DNA of 64,000 bases from Octopus sinensis. Lineage: Eukaryota. The stretch covers positions 39,556,001 through 39,620,000 of the forward strand of contig NC_043001.1 in assembly GCF_006345805.1 (NCBI RefSeq). Reading direction: 5' to 3'. Below are positions 1 to 64,000 of this stretch, piece after piece. Numbering within the stretch: the stretch's first letter is position 1; each line of letters begins with the position of its first letter. The translations under genes were made by a program, and so were the position numbers. Under the pieces are notes generated by a model. That model had not been told where the DNA came from. It ran no database searches and was given only the letters and a program-made list of their open reading frames with translations.

Positions 1-299
1 GAATCCATCCAGTAGTTCTTGAGATATCTTGTCCATGGACAAACAAACAAGCAAACAAATGCTACTAAAAACAATACCTCTGCCTTTGCTAAGGCAGAGG
101 TAATTAGGCATATTCGTTGTTTGATATTGCATAGAAAGAAGTGGAAAAAAAAATTATATATTTTTTTGTATAAACATGCATAGATGCAGCCCTTGATGTG
201 TGGTAACAATCTTGCTATCTAACCACATGGCTCCAGTTCAGTCCCACTCCATTTTCTTCTATAGCCTCAGTTCAACCAAAACCTCATGTAGCATGAATT

Positions 300-510
300 A
301 TTGGCAAATTGTTTCTTCTGTCTTCCTTTTCTCTTGGACTTTCCTCTGTCTCCTGTTTCTGAAGAAGAGCTTTGCTTGAAACTTAAAACAACCTTTCTTT
401 CCTTCCCTGAGCGTCTTTTAATACTTTACATGTAACACATCCCCGTGTTGTTGTTTTTCTCTTCTTGTGTTTTCCTTAATTTTTTTGGATTAATTATATA
501 TATATATAAA
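300..510 (+). mobile_element. Penelope-like element 3' terminal remnant
   Basis: Pyrimidine-rich segment ending in (TA)n that carries a minimal hammerhead-like motif; no ORF, so the call is by context. Confidence 0.45.
354..390 (+). ncRNA. Minimal type I hammerhead ribozyme-like motif (degenerate stem III)
   Basis: TGTTT-CTGAAGA-A-GAGC(TTT)GCTT-GAAA-CTTA-AAACA: stems I and II and the core are present. Confidence 0.55.
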
Positions 511-1059
511 GGAGTGTATAAAGATTTATACACAAAGAGAAGTCCCTTGACAGGACTTCTTACATGCTAAAAGAGGCAGTTAAGCCCAAACCATGAAAAA
601 AAAATTCTAAAGGCATGTTGATAATGGCACTAGAATGAATAGAACCAAAGAAAAAAAATTAGTAGTTAATCTCATACTCAAGCTTCCCTATTAATGAGCA
701 AATGAATTAATTTGTCATTCGTAGTTCATCGGTGGGATCACAAAAAGAATCCATAAGTAAGTCCTCTCAAGGGTCTTCTCTCTGTATAAATTTCCATACA
801 CTCTTATATATGAAAATGTGTGGTCTTATGACTTTTAGTATGCACGTGCACCACTGGTAATAAATTATTCTAATTTTTTACTCCCTTAACTTACACAGTA
901 AAATTTTCCTAATTCTGAAACCATATAAGACACAGTTTAAATCTATTATTTGCTGCTGGCTATGTGAATGCACTTGTGCACTTGATCTGAAGTCATAAAG
1001 GATAAAGATGGAGCTCACATGTGTTTTTGGTACATATTAAGCTACATAATTTTGCATTC

Positions 1060-2345
1060 TTATAGCAATTTCCAGGCATGAGCGTTGGTTGTGTTCACAT
1101 TTCTGGTACATCTTCAGTTGGCTCTGGGCATGGAAATGTTGTTGTTGCTGCTGGTGTTGCTGGAGCTGCCATCAGTGCTGTTATCATTACAAAGCACGTG
1201 TTTGGCAATATCACAGCAGCTGTTGTCATTGTGGTGATCATCTTTGGACATGGCATTGGTGCTGTTGTCGCAAATGATGATGTTGAGAATACTAAGTGTA
1301 GGGCCAGTAGCCCCGCTGGTATTGCTGGTGTCGGCATGGTCATAACCTCCAGCCATAGTGCTGGTGTTGGGTTCGTTCGCATTGGTACTAGTGTTTCTTC
1401 CACTGTTGCTGCTGCTGTTGCTGTTAATGTTTTGAACGAGCTGTTGCTGCTATTACTATGGTTGCTAGGTCTGAGTACCACCATAGCCTCATAAATGACT
1501 CCCTCAGCCTCACATTGTCCCCCTCCTCTGGACAGTCATTGTGCTCCCTGCTAGAGCAACCAACTCCTCCCACATTTTATAGGTATTTGCTAATATACTT
1601 TTCATGTTGGGTGTGCAACTAAAGGAGACCCTTAGGTTGTGCCTATTGAACAAACGTCTATACCTGAGTGTCTGCATGAAGTGTTTGTCTACTAACCTGA
1701 GGAATATTCTTCCCACACAAATCTTGACATTGAATAAGGGAAGTAGAGCAAACCAAACGATGCTCCAGTGGCACTTTCTTTTATTGGTGCTAGAGTCCAG
1801 TATGTAGGTGATGCAGTCCTTAAACTCACTGAATGCCAGTTCCTCATTGTAATATGGGGCTGCAGTGTCGAAACTTTCTTGACTTGAGGATAATTTCGAG
1901 ATCTTGCTAACACCCTTCACTAGGTTCTTGAACACAATAGGGAGTGGGTAGGAAGCTGTGTAGATGTAGGAAAGCCTCTCGTTTGGCATGTGGTAGGGCC
2001 TGTGTGTATATCTAGAGAAATATCTAAGGATGTCTATGGTGGTGATGTTAGTCTCAGTAGTAATTTTGAGTCCCATGGAGCCTAAGGTGCTAATCAGGTC
2101 CTTTCTAAGCCTATCAAGTGTGTGCTCTTTGGCTCCTCTAAAGATGGCCAGAGCATCATCTCTGCAGAGACCAAAAATGAACAAAGAGAACTTCTTCCCT
2201 AAGGTATCCAGAATGTACATTCCAATGAGATCACATACATTGGTGCTGTTGTAGGTTCCCATCACCTATTGAAGGAGCTCTCAGGGTTGAATTGCTTCAC
2301 CCATGTCAAATCTTTATTGAACAGTACTGTTCCCCTGGCCAGTTA
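1060..2345 (-). mobile_element. Penelope-like element, 5'-truncated (RT C-terminal half, Cys linker, low-complexity insert)
   Basis: MGTYNSTNVCDLIGMYIL, GLCRDD and LFNRHNLRVSFSCTPNMKSI; the adjacent frame gives CSSREHNDCPERGQCEAEGVIYEAMV. Confidence 0.85.
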
Positions 2346-2384
2346 TTCTTTCAGGGAGTACAATGACTTCCCCGGGAGGGGGGG

Positions 2385-2745
2385 GGATGCGAAGCCAAGG
2401 GAGTCATCAGTGAATCTGTGGTAATACTCAAACACTTAGCAACCATAGTAATAGCAGCAATGGATGTCCAACAACATCAATGACAACAGTAACAGTAGCA
2501 GCAACAGTGGAAGAAACTCCAGCAATTGCACCAATGAGCCCAGCAGCAGCACTATAGCTGAAGATGATGACCACGCCAACAAAAAGCAGCATCAGTGAGA
2601 CTACCAACCCCATGCCTAGTGTAACAAACAATGGCACCCACATCACCATCAGTGACAGCAGTATTTACACCACATCCACAGATGATCACCACAAGAGCAC
2701 TGATGATAACAACATTGATGGCAGCTCCAGCAACACCAGCAAGAG
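2385..2745 (+). mobile_element. Inverted fragment of the same Penelope family
   Basis: Diverged reverse complement of ~1130-1505 (e.g. agcaaccatagtaatagcagcaa, gatggcagctccagcaacaccagca). Confidence 0.7.
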
Positions 2746-2747
2746 TG

Positions 2748-3090
2748 AAGGCGCAATGGCCCAGTGGTTAGGACAGTGGACTCACGATCGTAAGAACGCG
2801 GTTTCAATCCCAAGACTGAGCATTGTGAGTGTTTATTGAGCAAAAACACCTAAGCTCTACGAGGCTCCGGAGAGGTGGGGTGGGGACCCCGCTGTACTCT
2901 TTCACCACAACTTTCTCTCACTCTTTCTTCCTACTTAAGCCACAAAGCAGAGGAACCATGGTATAACCCACTATGGTGTGGTAAACTTTCAGACCCTAGT
3001 CTAGATTGTAAATCTTCTGTACCCCAGGATGGTTCAGCTCTCCACCTGTTAAAAGCCACTGTTTACAGAATGAGGATAACAACGTAGCTT
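2748..3090 (+). mobile_element. tRNA-derived SINE
   Basis: A-box TGGCCCAGTGG and B-box-like GGTTTCAATCC; a related head is at 33238. Confidence 0.6.
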
Positions 3091-3220
3091 TCGCGCCCGT
3101 GCAACCACCAGCTATCGCGTGTGGTGGGTGGATCTTCAAGTTGCCACATGCATTCTTAGTAGCTTAGAGCAGGCTCGAATTAGAGATTATTCTTTGAGGC
3201 TAATGGCATGAATCCTGATT

Positions 3221-3319
3221 GGGGGAGGAGGAGGAGGAGGAGAAGAAGAAGAAGAAGAAGAAGAAGAAGAAGAAGAAGAAGAAGAAGAAGAAGAAGAAGA
3301 AGAAGAAGAAGAAGAAGAC
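3221..3319. repeat. (GGA)n/(GAA)n microsatellite
   Basis: Direct reading. Confidence 0.97.
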
Positions 3320-4634
3320 ACCAGATAGAACATCTCCAGGCCAAGAGCCAATAGCTGATGAACTGGTGTAAGGGGGATAACCCATCCTTGCTGACACATT
3401 GTTTATTTTTTGGTTACTTATTAAACTAACTGACTGTAATGGATTCCTGCCTCCCAGAGTTGAAGAATTATATTTGTCTTGGGCTTTAGATTCTGACAAG
3501 TCATCCATGGGGCTAGTGGATGTGAAACCACTGGTCACTCTATGATTGGATATAAACTTAACTCCATATTAAAACATTACTGCTCTTTGCTTTAGAGCAG
3601 TGGTTCCTAAACTTTTTCGGGCTGCTGCCCCCTTGATGATGGAGCCACATTCCTAGCACCCCCAAACTTACACAACACCACAAATGCAGACCACTTTCTA
3701 CAGCAAATTCAAAACAACAGTTTTTCACAAATAAAAAACTTGACCTAATTAGCCATTTTGAGTTCATGGATGATTAATGAGTTACAAAGGTTACAGAGAG
3801 ACAGAAAAAGGTGTCTAGTTATAGAGGAGATACAAGTTTACCCAGCCAGAGAGAGAGAGACAGACAGACAGAAATCAGAAATGAAGACAAAAGCAGGTGC
3901 ACTGAAGACAGCAGGATAGAGATGGTGGTGAAATGCTAGGCATACTCACAACAAATGGGGATTAGAATATAAATGGGATGATTGCGTAAAGGAAGTGAGA
4001 GATATAGATGGTGGCATGTGCCATGCCATAACCTAGAGGTTCAAATGTCATAATATACGTGGCAAGATATTGCAAAGGAAGAGGGATTATTGAGTGTGGA
4101 GGAAGGGAGTGGTTGATGAAAACTGGGTATATATATAGAGTTGGGAGGGCTACCGGATAGCCATGATACAGAGGAAGAAGGCCGTGAGGACAGGATTGAG
4201 GAGTGAGAGTTAGGCATAGTTTATGAAGAAGGAAATGAGATGTAGATTTTACAAAAGCAACAAAAATACTAAAAAAAGAGAAGAGATGTAGAGATGTAGG
4301 TTGGTTTGTTGGGGTAGGGCATGTGAGAAGTTTTGTTGCATGTGGGTGGAACTCACAATTTGGGATTAATAAAAGCCTAAAATATGAGAATTAGATATGA
4401 ATTTCTGCAAGAAATTTGTTTTATATCCAATGAAATTTTTTCCATTCTTAAAAATTTCGCAGGTGTGACCATGTGGTAAGAAACTTTCTTTTGAAACACA
4501 TGATCTGGGTTCAGTCCCACTATGAGAGTATTTTACTGTATCCTGGGCAGATGAAAGCCTTGTGAAAAGATTATGTTGATGGAAACTGTAAGAAGCCTTT
4601 CGAGTGTGTGTGTCTATATCTATATCTATCTATC

Positions 4635-4666
<32 letters not shown>

Positions 4667-4974
4667 TGTATGTATGTATGTATGTATGTATATATATGTC
4701 TTTGTGTTTGTCCACTGCCACTACCACTTGACAATGGATGTTGGTTTGTTTATATCAAGAGAGTTTAGCAGTCTGGCATGAGAAACCAATATTTGTTGAA
4801 CTAAACCCTTCAAGGTGAGGCATTAGCATTGCTGCAGTGCAATGACTGAGGCAAGTAAATGATAAAAGGCATACATTAAACTGACTATACTACTCAATGA
4901 AACACTGAACCATGATATTTGCTAACTCTTGCTCCAGTGCATGTAATTTTTTTATGGATTACTTATGCCCTAAC

Positions 4975-61490
<56,516 letters not shown>

Positions 61491-64000
61491 CTATAAAAAT
61501 AAATAAATTTTTTTAAATCACATGCTGAAAATTTTTTAAGAAACTTCATGAAACATTTTCCTATCATTTATTATGAAAGTTGTTTAATTCTTTGAATCCT
61601 AACAAGGCGTACAACACTGTAGACATCTACATGAAAATCACAGAAAAACTGAAAAACTGAAAAAATATTAGCAAATTCAACTGGACAAAATGTAATAAAT
61701 ACAATCTTTTCAACCATAGACACAAGGTCTGAAATTTTGGGAGAGGGAGCTGATTGATTACATTGAAGCCAGTGCTCAACCGGTATTTATTTTAATGACC
61801 TTGAAAGAATGAAAAGGCAAAGTCAATCTCTAGAAAATTTAAACTCAGAACAGAAAGATGAATGAAATGCTGCTTCACATTTTGTCCATGATGCTAACAA
61901 TGTAATAAATATAAATTATGTTTAATTTGTAATGAGATATCCTTTACACCATCCTTTTTTTGTCTTCTGTCTTTCATTACCAAATTTTCCAGTAGTTATT
62001 ATCTCCAGTTTCAATACACAAGAATATACCCATTATAAACAGAAAATGAAGAATTTATTTTTGATACATTATCTTTTTGACTGATTCTTTGTATTGATAC
62101 TCCTCTCTTCAAGTGGCAGATTCCATTGTAGTTTGTGATATTTCCGTTTTTCCAAAAGATATGTGAACACAAGATGAAATTTATCGATTTTATCATTTTT
62201 ATCAAAAGCAAGGTTATCTTCGTTCACATAGTTAGTGAATTGCAGTTATTAGGATTAGCTGCTTTGACTTGCAATGCTTGATTATTGGTTTCATATACTA
62301 ACAGCTACCAAATTTCATCTATTCAGAACAACTGGATCAAATAATTCACAGGATTAGCTAATCCTGCAGTAAGATTATCAAGAATATTTTTAGACACAAG
62401 ATCTCTGTAGGTTTGAAATCATTAGAAAACAATTTTTATTACAAATCTCAAAGTAACCTATTAGGAGTACCACCACACCCCTTCTTCTGCAATCTGAGAC
62501 TACTTCTCATATATAATTTGTACATTTTGTAGAGAAACAGCATCTAGCATGCTATCTTTATCTGCTGGGTAATATGCTTTCAAAATCACTTTCATGGTTA
62601 TTATCAAAACCTTTCTGATGCTCCATGTAATGACTAAAAATTGAATAATTAACTGACTGATGTCAGATTTTAAATACAACATATTTTCCCCCCAAGCCTC
62701 GCACAAACTTCACAAAAGCCACAGTGATACCTTTATTCAGAACACAAGCTGTAACAGCAATGTAAAATGATCATTGACTGGTGCAGAAAGCATGTGCACC
62801 AGGTCTAAACAGAAATATGTGGCAAAACAGAATACTAGTTTGATTGGATATAGGCACATATTATTGGTAATGGAATTCAAGGCCAGTGGGTTCAATGTTA
62901 AATAATGAAAACTGAATAAATACACTCATCTCTTAATGAGTTATTCTTTTTCTTTCACTGTATATTTTTATACATCCATACACTTTACATGATTACCTGT
63001 CCCTCTATGTCACAATAAATTCCTTTTTCTTAAACAGAAAAAGAAATTTACAATTATGGAAACAGTTAAATATATGAACCAAGGATGGAAGTGTTGAATG
63101 GTCATTCAATCTGCTAGAATTGTCATAGATTTCAAATCAAATCCAAATGTCTGGTAAACAAAAAAAGGGGGATACATTGAACAAGGTAATGCTGTATATA
63201 CAAAAGGACAGGATGATCAATAACATCATCATCATCATCATTATCATTTAAGATCTGTTTTTCATGCTGGCATCAGTAGGACAATTAGTGGAGAACTGCA
63301 CTAAGCTACTCTGTCTCTTTTGGCATGGTTTGTCACAGCTAGTTGGCCTTCCTAATGCTATAGGTTTTCTTCATAAGATTGACTTAAAGCTGAGCAACAA
63401 CAGCAATAATTAAACATTAAACTATGATAACTTCAAATCTTAAAATACTTTCTATATGTAGTAGCACTTCCTGTTGAGTGAGGCATTCAACCCACCTCCT
63501 CTAATTTCTAGTATCTCTAAAACCAGACGGTATATTTCAAGTCATATGTATCAGTATAGCATACCTCTCACAATAGGCATGTACCACCGCAGCTATAATT
63601 CCACTTATATGATGCAAACAATAAAACATATAATGAACATAGTAGGTATTATTTTAGTTCTAGATATCATGATGTTGAGATAAATAACATTTATATATGA
63701 ACTATATGATAAAACAAGAGCAACTTTTATAAGAAAATGTACAACTGTAAACCTTCACACAGACTGAAACAAATCTGAGCTCTATCAATTTGAATAGAAA
63801 TATTGTTTACCATTGATTAAGCTTGATAAAGCTTGATAGAGCTGAACTGAAATGTTGAAAATTAATTACAATTAAAACTGCAATATAAACTGTGATGTTA
63901 TCAAAAACTTATTTTGCTGTAGTGAATAATGTAATTTATGAGCAAATTTTATTTAGAAGAGGAGGAACAATATCTATGACACTTGCAGAATTTCTTTGTT

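Noticed and set aside
1078-1494. Mucin-like host gene
   Set aside because: It continues the Penelope linker reading (VIYEAMVV) and has an inverted TE-associated copy; no splice support.
3420-3540. Terminal exon candidate (catag|AG TGA)
   Set aside because: An acceptor followed by an immediate stop fits phase 1, but nothing else supports it.

Overview
AT-rich, repeat-dense eukaryotic DNA. The SINE, RTE and Penelope families look like coleoid cephalopod (Octopus-type) repeats; this is recognition from memory, not a database result. Most of the window is intronic sequence of one minus-strand gene, largely missed by the ORF track, that I reconstructed by hand from splice signals and exon phases. 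It encodes a type I Ig-superfamily membrane protein with at least 3 Ig exons (56.4-61.5 kb), a TM exon (52.7 kb) and a long non-catalytic cytoplasmic tail built from about 15 microexons (17-60 nt). The distal tail comes from a roughly 1.6-2.1 kb genomic unit tandemly amplified 5-6 times (4.7-24.3 kb). Each unit carries a 60-nt exon (EREQDxEDSEPRYLPMKHP) and a 42-nt exon (DMxDVYVSVSRKPD), both phase 1-1, giving about 13 tail tyrosines (YxxM, YxN, YxxV). The introns hold RTE, CR1, RLE-clade and Tx1-like LINEs, Penelope-like elements with hammerhead-like motifs, Gypsy, Tc1 and Helitron remnants, tRNA-derived SINEs and microsatellites. They also hold three near-perfect long inverted repeats, one of them an antisense copy of a tail exon. 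The gene's 5' end and true last exon were not identified.
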